From positions 558,001 through 622,000 of the forward strand of contig NIVC01000365.1 of the NCBI GenBank assembly GCA_002269645.1: 64,000 nucleotides of DNA. The letters are read 5' to 3'. Position numbers and translations under genes: made by a program. Position 1 is the first letter of the stretch. Every line of letters begins with the position of its first letter. Below are positions 35,773-46,925 of this stretch, piece by piece. This DNA comes from Macrostomum lignano (lineage: Eukaryota). The notes under the pieces were generated by a model that was not told the origin of the DNA, ran no database searches, and saw only the letters and a program-made list of their open reading frames with translations.

Positions 35773-38073
35773 ATGTCTAGTAAATCAGAATCTGAGCACT
35801 CTCTTTCTACTAATTACTCAGCCTACTCTTGTCAGGCGATTTCTTCTCCCTCAAATAGTTTTTCTACAAGTAATAGGAGTTCAATTTCAAGCGAAGCCGG
35901 TGTAACGCACTCGCACAGCTGTCCTGACGCTGTGGAAACTTTTATTGGTGAAAACAATGCTGTGCCTGTGCTTGAGGAGAGTTCAGATAGCTTAGCGAAT
36001 TTGGCTTCCATCTCAGATCCCAGTGTGCAGGCGGCTCTGATTTTTCAGTGGGCAATTACTTCCGGAGTTTCAGAGGCTGCTCTTGATAGACTCCTGAAGC
36101 TACTTTCTATTTTTAGTAGAGATTCTCTAGCTCTTCCAAATAGCGTCAAGTTGCTCAAATCATTGATTCAAGATACTTGCCCTCTTGATGATAGTGACGT
36201 GTCTGAATTTGGCTTTTGCCCAGAATGCAAAAGCCAGTGTCAGGTTCATTCCCCAAAGTCAAAGGTTGCTGTGACACAGCTCAATATTGTTCCACAGCTG
36301 CGGACTATCTTAAGCAGCCACACTTCAACTATTCTGCAGTATGAGCAAGAATTGCAAAAGGATAAAAACACAGACGTTTTGAATTCCAAAATAGTTAAAG
36401 AACAAGGCTTAAGCCTATCTTCTGGCAAGTCGCTTCACTTGCATCTTCTAATCTCAGCTGATGGCGCCAATTTTTTTGAATCTGTTCAGAGTAGCTTTTG
36501 GCCATTTCAGGCTCAACTTCTAAACCTTCCTGTTTACATCCGTCAACGCTTTGCAAATTTAATTCTAATTGCTCTTGTTTCATCGAAGGCAGTCCCGCAT
36601 TTCCAGTCTTTTCTGTCTGAAATTATGAACAATTTGCCAAAACAGTTTATATTCTCGGAATACACCGTTCATGTCCATTACACACTCTTTGTTTGTGACT
36701 TGCCCGCTCTTGCTAAGCTCTTCTGCATTCACCAGTACAATGGTGCGTTTAGCTGTCCTAGGTGCTTGCACCCAGGTGAGAGCTTTAAAGTATCCGAGAA
36801 AGGTAAAAACTGGATCTTCCGCTATGGTGAAGGCTACTTGTTTCCTTTGAGAAACCCATCTTCCCATCTTGAACACTGTCGGCTCGCACAAATTCGAAAT
36901 CGGCCTGTTTTTGGCGTAAAGATGCGCAGTTGCTTGTTAGACTATGTTCCGTTTCCCAGCTGCAATCCTATTGACAGTTTACACTGCTTTTTCGAAGGCC
37001 ACACCAAGTATCTACTAGAAGAGCTGTCATTACCTGCAAACAGGCGCGAGTTGTATTTTTGCTCAGCTAATTGCATGGATTTCATATCTAATTGTATTCG
37101 TCAATCTATAACTCCTTCTAGCATCACAATCAACACAAATTTTAAAGGCTTTTCAGATTGGAAAGCAAAGCATTTTAAAAACTTTGCGCTATACTTTCTT
37201 CTTCCTACGTTTTTGCAGAGAATTTCGCATTTTCCATTGAAACTGCTGTTAACTAATTTAGTTCTTATTTATCACATGTTGTATAGCCCCCAATCAAATA
37301 AGACTGATATCGAAAAGCTATGCAAAGCTTTTATCTCCAATGCTCAGCAAATATTCGGACCGAAAGTACTCCGCCTTAATTTCCACCTGCTTTTGCATAT
37401 GGCTGAACAGTACGAATTGTACGGACCTGTATTTAATTATTCTATGTTCGCATTTGAGAGCTCCATTGGCATGTTCAAAAAGTTCTTATGCGGAACTGTG
37501 TCATTTGGCCCACAGCTTGTTCGCAAGTTTTTGTTTCAAAAGTTGCTACATCACTACTTTTCTTGTGTTAAGGACTCTATTGTAGTGGATGCAGTTAACT
37601 CTATATCTTTAGAGCCATCCAGGCCACATGGTATTCTTCGAAACTCACTTGCTTATTTTAATGGACATTTTTTCTCGACAAGCTCAGCTTGTGCGTCGAA
37701 AAATTCTAACCATCTTTGCCAATTGAAGTCCGGCGAAATCTGCACTATTGCAGAGTTCCTCGAGCCTAATACTATTCGAGTGCAAATTTTGGATCCCATT
37801 GGTTCGCTGTTTGATTTTGTTTTACGAGTACCAGCAGCAACTTTCCCCATCGATTTACTTAATTGGAAAGCATTGCTGGAATCCATGTTCAAAAAGTCTT
37901 CGACATTCAATTTTGTATTGATATCCCTGTCTAATGCGCCCAGATCGGCCAGACGCGAACGTATAGTTAATTTTTCAGAGGTCGATCGACCCTGCATCGC
38001 TGTTCCAGTAGAATCGTTCAGCAAAGACTGTTATTGCGCTGTGCCATTGTTCAAAGAGTTTGAACATGATTAA
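35773..38073 (+). CDS. CACTA/EnSpm transposase, 766 aa, intact ORF
   Basis: ADG..SFWP..LLNLP, CDLPA..NGAFSCPRC, DSLH, WKA, NFHLLLH..YGP..MFAFES motifs. Confidence 0.9.
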   Translation: MSSKSESEHSLSTNYSAYSCQAISSPSNSFSTSNRSSISSEAGVTHSHSCPDAVETFIGENNAVPVLEESSDSLANLASISDPSVQAALIFQWAITSGVSEAALDRLLKLLSIFSRDSLALPNSVKLLKSLIQDTCPLDDSDVSEFGFCPECKSQCQVHSPKSKVAVTQLNIVPQLRTILSSHTSTILQYEQELQKDKNTDVLNSKIVKEQGLSLSSGKSLHLHLLISADGANFFESVQSSFWPFQAQLLNLPVYIRQRFANLILIALVSSKAVPHFQSFLSEIMNNLPKQFIFSEYTVHVHYTLFVCDLPALAKLFCIHQYNGAFSCPRCLHPGESFKVSEKGKNWIFRYGEGYLFPLRNPSSHLEHCRLAQIRNRPVFGVKMRSCLLDYVPFPSCNPIDSLHCFFEGHTKYLLEELSLPANRRELYFCSANCMDFISNCIRQSITPSSITINTNFKGFSDWKAKHFKNFALYFLLPTFLQRISHFPLKLLLTNLVLIYHMLYSPQSNKTDIEKLCKAFISNAQQIFGPKVLRLNFHLLLHMAEQYELYGPVFNYSMFAFESSIGMFKKFLCGTVSFGPQLVRKFLFQKLLHHYFSCVKDSIVVDAVNSISLEPSRPHGILRNSLAYFNGHFFSTSSACASKNSNHLCQLKSGEICTIAEFLEPNTIRVQILDPIGSLFDFVLRVPAATFPIDLLNWKALLESMFKKSSTFNFVLISLSNAPRSARRERIVNFSEVDRPCIAVPVESFSKDCYCAVPLFKEFEHD

Positions 38074-38404
38074 AAAGGTACGAGTATGTGTCCGTACCTT
38101 AGATCCGATTATTTTATTATTAATGCTGCAAAGTCTGGCAGAAAATAAAATTATGCTCCATGACCAAGATAAAACCATCAGGGAATCAGAATAACTTTCC
38201 AGATGCCCAACTTCCTCCCTCTCAGACTCCCACCGTTACCTCTCTTTGTCCGATCTCTCCATATTCAAAATCTCCAAGTTTCTGTGCGCAAATAATTGAC
38301 TAATGCAGCATTAACTTCGTTTCGTAAAGGATTAGTCGGCCCTTGCCCTTAATGCGTACCGAATTCGGCTAATTCTATTTATTGACTGTTCAGTAAAATT
38401 TACT

Positions 38405-38950
38405 GTTTTATTTTTTCTTACAGTACCTTGAAATGCGTCAAATTCTGTCTATTCTGTATCTTAAAGCTCTCTGAGCTGTTTTATTTTTTCTTACAGTACC
38501 TTGAAATGCGTCAAATTCTGTCTATTCTGTATCTTAAAGCTCTCTGAGCTGTTTTATTTTTCTTACAGTACCTTGAAATGCGTCAAATTCTGTCTATTCT
38601 GTATTTTAAAGCTCTCTGAGCTGTTTTATTTTTTCTTACAGTACCTTGAAATGCGTCAAATTCTGTCTATTCTGTATTTTAAAGCTCTCTGAGCTGTTTT
38701 ATTTTTTCTTACAGTACCTTGAAATGCGTCAAATTCTGTCTATTCTGTATTTTAAAGCTCTCTGAGCTGTTTTATTTTTTCTTACAGTACCTTGAAATGC
38801 GTCAAATTCTGTCTATTCTGTATTTTAAAGCTCTCTGAGCTGTCTTATTTTTTCTTACAGTACCTTGAAATGCGTCAAATTCTGTCCATTCTGTATTTTA
38901 AAGCTCTCTGAGACTGAGCTGTCTTATTTTTTCTTACAGTACTTTGAAAT
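38405..38950. repeat. 72-73-bp tandem repeat inside the CACTA 3' region
   Basis: ~7.5 units, each with TTTTATTTTTTCTTACAG. Confidence 0.95.
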
Positions 38951-39366
38951 GAATTATGCCTAATTATCATTAATAATATAAGTCTCGAAATGGTCATCAT
39001 ACGAGTTTTCAATTACTTCTACATTTAATTGCATAAGTATTTGTTCTGATACTTTTTTGTTTTGAAAGTGATTTATAAGGGAATGGAAACATATTTCTCA
39101 GCAGCACTAAAGATGCTGCCGAATTTGTTTAGAAAATTTCAGCTTTAAAATGAACCTACGCAAACATTGCGTTCTACTAACAGTAGTGTAGTAAGGAAAA
39201 TTATATTTAAAATCATACATCAATGTACATGGATGGAAAGTAACCATGGATGAAGTTTACGTGGAACCATGTATGATCAGGTATGGCTCCATACATGTTC
39301 AGGTATGATCCATACATGGCATCATGGATGCTTCATCCATGATTTATCCATGCAAGGAGAGTAGGG

Positions 39367-39948
39367 TGTTGCCCTGCAGGTATTGGTGACTGGAGAAGCA
39401 GCCGTGGCCTGAGAGGGTCATGGTGGCAGCCCGGATGTTTCTTCGCGAGAGGCGCAGGAGAAGCTTCTGGAGTTGGTGAGAGGGCTGAGGGACAGCGCCT
39501 CTGGATTGCCTGCATGTAGTGCAGTTCACCCAGGCTAAGCGGTGCTGGGTCCTGATCCACGCCTTGATGCGCGAGTCGATGACACAGCCGGGAATCGGGA
39601 CAAGGGGTTGCCAATGGGATCTTCAGGAAGATTCCAACACCAAAGCCGGTGTTGACTAATGCTTAGAAACATCGGTGTAGCAGTGGAGCGATCATCAGGG
39701 TTCCAGTGGTCATTGATGATATCGCGCGGGTAGATAGCTACGGAGTAGCGTTGTCTCAGGTCGAGCGTTGAGGCAATGCCATCGGTGAAGACGCGATTGG
39801 CCTGGCACTCACTGAGAATGTTGAGGCACAGGTCGCTATGTGGAACAAGGTTCCGCTTAGCAGGTGCTCATGTAGAGGAATTTGACGCCGGCGTCTATGC
39901 CGGCGTCTAGTATAGACGCCGCGTCGTTCTGGCCGCCTCACCCCTGAC
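39367..39948 (-). mobile_element. LINE copy 2, 5' half (RNase H largely deleted)
   Basis: LVPHSDLCL..HCYTD (cf. LLPHADLCL..HCYTD in copy 1), then CRQSRGAVPQPS..LSRRNIR..LSGHG..YLQGNT, which continues in frame into the 3' half. Confidence 0.8.
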
Positions 39949-40142
39949 GTAGACTGAGATGGTAGCTCAGGTAGACTGAGATGATAGCTCAGGTAGACTG
40001 AGATGGTAGCTCAGGTAGACTGAGATGATAGCTCAGGTAGACTGAGATGATAGCTCAGGTAGACTGAGGTGATAGCTCAGGTAGACTGAGATGGTAGCTC
40101 AGGTAGACTGAGATGATAGCTCAGGTAGACTGAGATGGTATC
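39949..40142. repeat. 22-bp minisatellite, right part
   Basis: Same unit as 31781-32258. Confidence 0.93.
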
Positions 40143-40615
40143 TCAAAAGCTGGTTCCCCATAAGCTGAATATGAGGAGTAGGACAGACAAGAAACAAAGA
40201 CAACGGTGATTGACAGGTGACATACGATTTAACTCCTGGCCTAATGGCCAACCAAAAACGTAGAGTTGGAAAACAAACTTAAATTTATATTTCTCAAAGT
40301 AACCTGAAAACAAGAAGCGCCAGCAAAAAAGTGTGAAAATGCGAACAGAAAAAACACATTTTAGTAAACTGCAGGGGGGCAAATGCTTCACAGTGAGATC
40401 TGAGGATAGGCTTGCCAACAGGCAATAAACAGGCGGCTGGGTATTTAAATCTTATTTATAAGTGGATAGGGAAACAAAAAGTGTTTGTTGGGAAAAAACT
40501 TGACACTGGACTGGGAGACGAGTTAATTTGGAAAGTAGCTCGTAAAACAACAAGAAAAACAGAGGAACAAAACTGTCTTCTTCTTCTCAAAAGACCAGTC
40601 AAGAAGAGTTCCGTC

Positions 40616-43600
40616 TCACTGCTGCTCCTGAGAATCGGCAGCAGCTGAGCGGCTCACAGCTCCAGACTTCTCGTCTTTCTTCTTTTTCTTCTTTTGCTGC
40701 TGCTTCTGCTGGCTCAGCATGTTGCACAGGTTGCGCAGCAGGCGGATCTCAGCCTCCGCGCCCTCCATCTCCGACAGCATCTCCGTTGCGTCGGACACCA
40801 GGTCCTGCATCTCCAAGCTGCAGATATCGGCCTCCTCCCTAAATGCGGTCGATATGGGGTGGTCTAAATTAAGTTTCAAGAAATATGAAATGTTAAGAGC
40901 GGGAATCTTATAATCTTCCTGACAGTAAAAGCGAGTAGTTAATTGTAGACTTGTATTAAACCTGCAGAATGTCAGATGATGTCCAGTCTATTTATGGAAC
41001 CACACACACAAGTGATGTGGGTTCTATTCATGGAAGCATGCAAATGACGGTTCTATTCGAGGAAACACACAAGTGACGTCGGTTCTATTTATAGAAACAC
41101 GCAAGTGACGTCGGTTCTATTTATGGAAACATGCAAGTGACGTCGGTTCTATTAATAGAAACACGCAAGTGACGTCGGTTCTATTAATAGAAACACGCAA
41201 GTGACGTCGGTTCTATTAATAGAAACACGCAAGTGACGTCGGTTCTATTAATAGAAACACGCAAGTGACGTCGGTTCTATTAATAGAAACACGCAAGGGA
41301 CTTCTGTGGCAGGCAGTCGCCATAGTTCTACTATATTATGTTTATGCTTGATTGCTTGCCTATGGAATCTCTAATATAAGGCTGCACCCACCCTCACACA
41401 ATAACTTTGGTTCTATTTATAGAAACTCGCCAATAACGGGAAGAAAAGCATCAACAACGCCAATTGCAATTATAGAAATACAGCTGCAAAAAACAAGCAC
41501 TAATCGGTTGTTAGGTCTTATTTTTGTCCCACCAGCTCTGGCAAGCGGAACACGTGACGCCAAACCGGACGGGCTCAGGTGACAAAAAACAAGATAAAGA
41601 TGGTCAATCCCAAAAGAGACTGCGGACAAAGCACCTGCGTGACCAGCTGCGCCGCAAGCATATTTTGTAGGAAAGAGCAGACTAGTCAAGAGGGAGGCAA
41701 AATGGGATAATTAAAACTGTAACAAACTGCCGGCGCGCAGGTGGCGTTAACTGGAGTCGGACGGCACCAGCTGGCAAGGGCTCTCGGGCGGAGGCCCCTG
41801 ACAGGAAACCCTAGCGCTAATTGAGCGAATACCTCGCAGCGGAAAGAATTTTTGAAGAGGCTTCGGAACCGGTTATTCGGAATCGCTTTATTTTTTCCGA
41901 TTGAAGCGTGACACAGCAAGAATGCAGCTTCAGATTGTGATTGGCACAAATTAAAGACAGTGACACGGTAATGTAACTGGTATCCCGGATGGAATTACCG
42001 CATACAGTAGAAGACTAAGACAGTTCATTGTTAAACCGTATGAGTGCATCTGCACTGTTTTAACTGGATTTTTTAAAGAGTTTATTCAAGGACCACTAGA
42101 AGTTACCGTTGTATCTGTTACTGTTGTACAACGGTAACTTCTAGTGGTCCTTGAGTTTATTCTTAGAATTATATCTGCGATCGCCTACGAGCAGAATAGT
42201 GTATGAGTGTTTGCAGACTCGTCCCGCCCATTCAATTCTGTGCGTATTTATAGCGTACACATAGCCAACATTGATTCAGTACAGAGTGCATTGATAGTGT
42301 ACACATAGCCATCATTGATTCTGTACAGAGTGCATTGATAGTGTACACATAGCCATCATTGATTCTGTACAGAGTGTATTTATAGTGTACACATAGCCAT
42401 CATTGATTCTGTACAGAATGTATTTATAGTGTACACATAGCCATCATTGATTCTGTACAGAGTGTATTTATAGTGTACACACATAGCCAACATTGATTCT
42501 GTAGAGTGTATTTATAGTGTACACATAGCCAACATTGATTCTGTACAGAGTGTATTTATAGTGTACACACATAGCCAACACTGATTCTGTACAGAGTGTA
42601 TTTATAGTGTACACATAGCCATCATTGATTCTGTACAGAGTGTATTTATAGTGTACACATAGCCATCATTGATTCTGTACAGAGTGTATTTATAGTGTAC
42701 ACACATAGCCAACATTGATTCTGTAGAGTGTATTTATAGTGTACACATAGCCATCATTGATTCTGTACAGAGTGTATTTATAGTGTACACATAGCCATCA
42801 TTGATTCTGAACAGAGTGTATTTATAGTGTACACATAGCCAACATTGATTCTGTACAGAGTGCATTTATAGTGTACACATAGCCAACATTGATTCTGTAC
42901 AGAGTGTATGTATAGTGTACACATAGCCAACATTGATTCTGTACAGAGTGTATGTATAGTGTACACATAGCCAACATTGATTCTGTACAGAGTGTATGTA
43001 TAGTGTACACATAGCCAACATTGATTCTGTACAGAGTGTATTTATAGTGTACACATAGCCATCATTGATTCTGTACAGAGTGTATGTATAGTGTACACAT
43101 AGCCAACATTGATTCTGTACAGAGTGTATTTATAGTGTACACATAGCCATCATTGATTCTGTACAGAGTGCATTTATAGTGTACACATAGCCAACATTGA
43201 TTCTGTACAGAGTGCATTTATAGTGTACACATAGCCAACATTGATTCTGTACAGAGTGCATTTATAGTGTACACATAGCCAACATTGATTCTGTACAGAG
43301 TGCATTTATAGTGTACACATAGCCAACATTGATTCTGTACAGAGTGTATGTATAGTGTACACATAGCCAACATTGATTCTGTACAGAGTGTATTTATAGT
43401 GTACACAGAGCCATCATTGATTCTGTACAGAGTGTATTTATAGTGTACACATAGCCATCATTGATTCTGTACAGAGTATATTTATAGTGTACACATAGCC
43501 AACATTGATTCTGTACAGAGTGTATTTATAGTGTACACATAGCCATCATTGATTCTGTACAGAGTGCATTTATAGTGTACACATAGCCAACATTGATTCT

Positions 43601-44431
43601 GTACAGAGTGCATTTATAGTGTACACATAGCCAACATTGATTCTGTACAGAGTGCATTTATAGTGTACACATAGCCAACATTGATTCTGTACAGAGTGCA
43701 TTTATAGTGTACACATAGCCAACATTGATTCTGTACAGAGTGTATGTATAGTGTACACATAGCCAACATTGATTCTGTACAGAGTGTATGTATAGTGTAC
43801 ACATAGCCAACATTGATTCTGTACAGAGTGTATGTATAGTGTACACATAGCCAACATTGATTCTGTACAGTGTATTTATAGTGTACACATAGCCAACATT
43901 GATTCTGAACAGTGTATTTCTGTACAGACTAATGTAACTCTAAAATCCGTAACTAATTCCTCGGACCCAAAACTTAGAATGTGAACTGGAACAGAGCTCC
44001 CAGCTGCTGCTATTATCATCTGGCAGCACACTAAAGGCCACTCACCGCTCCAGCTGCTCCAGCCCATCCATCAGTGCTTCAGTATGGACGGCCAGTTTCG
44101 AGCGCAGTCGAGCTTCGATAGTCTCGCCGTCGCCGTCAGCAGCCTCGTTGGCCTCGCCCTCGGCGTCGGCTCCCTCCGCCGCATCCTCAGCAGCCTCTCC
44201 GCCTTCAACAGCCGGGTCGCTGCAGTCCAGCCAGCCGGCCAGGTCTTCCCCATTGTCGCCGAGAGCCTCGTCGGACGGATCGTCCAGCACCTGCAGGGCG
44301 CCAACGATGTCCTCCACGGTATTGGCGAGCTCGTCCTGCACGCGGGCTCGGTAAGCCTCGCCGAATGCCACCAGGCAGTCCTGGCTGGAATCCTCGTTGC
44401 CAACTGGCTGCTCGGGCTCCTTGTCCACCTC
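40616..44431 (-). CDS. Uncharacterised acidic/coiled-coil protein; exons 44431-44046 and 40838-40616
   Basis: TTCCAG|GAG acceptor, CG|GTGAGT donor and TTTAG|G acceptor join in phase 2 to ..EQLER-EEADICSLEMQDL..; no family recognised. Confidence 0.6.
41050..41300. repeat. 32-bp minisatellite containing the palindrome TTCTATTAATAGAA
   Basis: GCAAGTGACGTCGGTTCTATTAATAGAAACAC units. Confidence 0.9.
42088..42152. mobile_element. 65-bp foldback micro-element with 10-bp TSD
   Basis: 26-bp perfect TIRs around a 13-nt loop, flanked by GAGTTTATTC at 42078-87 and 42153-62. Confidence 0.75.
42250..43912. repeat. 44-bp minisatellite (intronic)
   Basis: ATAGTGTACACATAGCCAACATTGATTCTGTACAGAGTGTATTT x ~38. 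Confidence 0.95.
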
Positions 44432-44489
44432 CTGGAAGAGAAGAGGTGAAAATGTGAGTTATTGATGCGCCTGTTCTGCGAGTGATGTG

Positions 44490-44965
44490 TAACAAATGTG
44501 ATTGACTCCAGTGTGTGTCACAACTGTGATTGACTCCAGTGATGTGTCACAACTGTGATTCACTTCAGTGATGTCACAACTGTGATTGACTCCAGTGTGT
44601 GACCACAACTGTGATTGACTCCAGTGATGTGTCACAACTGTGATTGACTCCAGTGATGTGTCACAACTGTGATTGACTCCAGTGATGTGTCACAACTGTG
44701 ATTGACTCCAGTGATGTGTCACAACTGTGATTGACCCACTGTGACTCACTGTGATTGACTGTGTCAGTCATGTGATTACTGTGTCAGTACAGTGATCATG
44801 GAGCATTGTCAGTCATGTGATTACTGTGGCAGTACACTCACTGATCATGGAGCATTGTCAGTCATGTGATTACTGTGTCAGTACAGTGATCATAGAGCAT
44901 TGTCAGTCATGTGATTACTGTGTCAGTACAGTGATCATGGAGCATTGTCAGTCATGTGATACTGT
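44490..44965. repeat. Two adjacent short minisatellites (CACAACTGTGATTGACTCCAGTGATGTGT; CATTGTCAGTCATGTGATTACTGTGTCAG)
   Basis: Tandem units. Confidence 0.85.
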
Positions 44966-45532
44966 GTCAGTGCCGATTAAGACACCAGAAAGAGAGAGGG
45001 GCGGCGCTGCAATTAGAGCAGAAGCTGAGCCCAACACAAACTAGAAGCTAAATCAGACAATTATTAAATAGATAAAACATGAAAATTGCGAGCTTGCGCG
45101 GTAAAAATGACTCAACATTTATTTGATCCCGCGCTCATTAGCATATTTATAGCTATGATAAACAATCGGCAGGTGCATGCAGGCGAAGCCGGTGCTTCTC
45201 AAATACTAATTGGGTTGCGCGTGTAAACAATTCGGTCCAACAAAGTGATTTGAATTGCGACATCAAAAAATTGCAGATAAGAGCGTACATGTAGCAAGGA
45301 AACAGAAGCCATATCTATCTATTCCAGAGAAGGAACTTGTGCAGAAGCTTAGTCATTTACTCGTGTTATTTATGAGACATCACAACAGCAAAACAAAGAC
45401 TACAGATAGATAGGATAGACCCAACAGCAGAGCGCAGTAAAAGAGCATCTTGCACTATATATAATTGCCAATAAAATAATAAGCCTTGACTGGCTAAAGC
45501 TAATTGCGAATCGGCAAGGTCTTTGCGGAGGC

Positions 45533-46820
45533 CTGAGACCTGAGCCTGCACACTGTGATGGGGGTGGCCGGTCACTGAGACCTGAGCCTGCACACTGTGA
45601 TGGAGGGTGGCCGGTCACTGAGACCTGAGACTGCACACTGTGATGGGGGGTGGCCGGTCACTGAGACCTGAGACTGCACACTGATAGGGGGGGGGGGGCG
45701 GTGGCCGGTCTCTGAGACCTGAGACTGCACACTGATAGGGGGGGGGGCGGTGGCCGGTCACTGAGACCTGAGACTGCACACTGTGATGGGGGGTGGCCGG
45801 TCACTGAGACCTGAGACTGCACACTGTGATGGGGGGTGGCCGGTCACTGAGACCTGAGACTGCACACTGTGATGGGGGGTGGCCGGTCACTGAGACCTGA
45901 GACTGCACACTGATAGGGGGGGGGCGGTGGCCGGTCACTGAGACCTGAGACTGCACACTGTGATGGTGGGTGGCCGGTCACTGAGACCTGAGACTGCACA
46001 CTGTGATGGGGGGGGGGTGGCCGGTCACTGAGACCTGAGCCTGCACACTGTGATATGAGGTGGCCGGTTTCTGAGACCTGAGCCTGCACACTGTGATGGG
46101 GGGTGGCCGGTTTCTGAGACCTGAGCCTGCACACTGTGATGGGGTGGCCGGTCACTGAGACCTGAACCTGCACACTGTGATGGGGGGTGGCCGGTCTCTG
46201 AGACCTGAGCCTGCACACTGTGATGGGGGTGGCCGGTCTCTGAGACCTGAGCCTGCACACTGTGATGGGGGTGGCCGGTCTCTGAGACCTGAGCCTGCAC
46301 ACTGTGATGGGGGGTGGCCGGTCTCTGAGACCTGAGCCTGCACACTGTGATGGGGGTGGCCGGTTTCTGAGACCTGAGCCTGCACACTGTGATGGGGGTG
46401 GCCGGTTTCTGAGACCTGAGCCTGCACACTGTGATGGAGGGTGGCCGGTCACTGAGACCTGAGCCTGCACACTGTGATATGAGGTGGCCGGTTTCTGAGA
46501 CCTGAGCCTGCACACTGTGATGGGGGGTGGCCGGTCACTGAGACCTGAGCCTGCACACTGTGATGGAGGGTGGCCGGTCACTGAGACCTGAGCCTGCACA
46601 CTGTGATGGGGGTGGGTGGCCGGTTTCTGAGACCTGAGCCTGCACACTGTGATGGGGGGTGGCCGGTCTCTGAGACCTGAGCCTGCACACTGTGATGGGG
46701 GTGGGTGGCCGGTTTCTGAGACCTGAGCCTGCACACTGTGATGGGGGTGGCCGGTCACTGAGACCTGAGCCTGCACACTGTGATGGGGGGTGGCTGGTTT
46801 CTGAGACCTGAGCCTACACA
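45533..46820. repeat. ~43-bp minisatellite with a variable G-run
   Basis: GAGACCTGAGCCTGCACACTGTGATGGGGGTGGCCGGTCACT units. Confidence 0.95.
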
Positions 46821-46925
46821 CAGGAATGGAGTTCATGGCCATGGAATTACAGTGCAGGTACTGGTGCTAATGCATAGTTCAGAGAGATTAGACCTTCAAT
46901 TTAAATCATGAATAGTTTTAATCTG

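Larger units (their letters stand above)
32636..39366 (+). mobile_element. Full-length CACTA/EnSpm(Mirage)-type DNA transposon, 6731 bp
   Basis: TIRs CCCTACTCTC..CATGGATAAATCAT at both ends, 2-bp TSD TG (32634-35 / 39367-68), subterminal CATGG repeats, two genes inside. Confidence 0.9.

Noticed and set aside
41050-41300. CRISPR-like palindromic 32-bp repeats (also considered for 38405-38950)
   Set aside because: Units are head-to-tail with no unique spacers, no cas genes are present, and the context is eukaryotic
42778-43888. Series of near-identical 62-aa ORFs
   Set aside because: Periodic products of the 44-bp intronic array
45533-46820. RSS heptamer CACAGTG (minus strand) in every unit, tempting given the RAG1-like transposase
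   Set aside because: No nonamer at 12 or 23 bp, and no similarity to the transposon TIRs; chance content of a minisatellite
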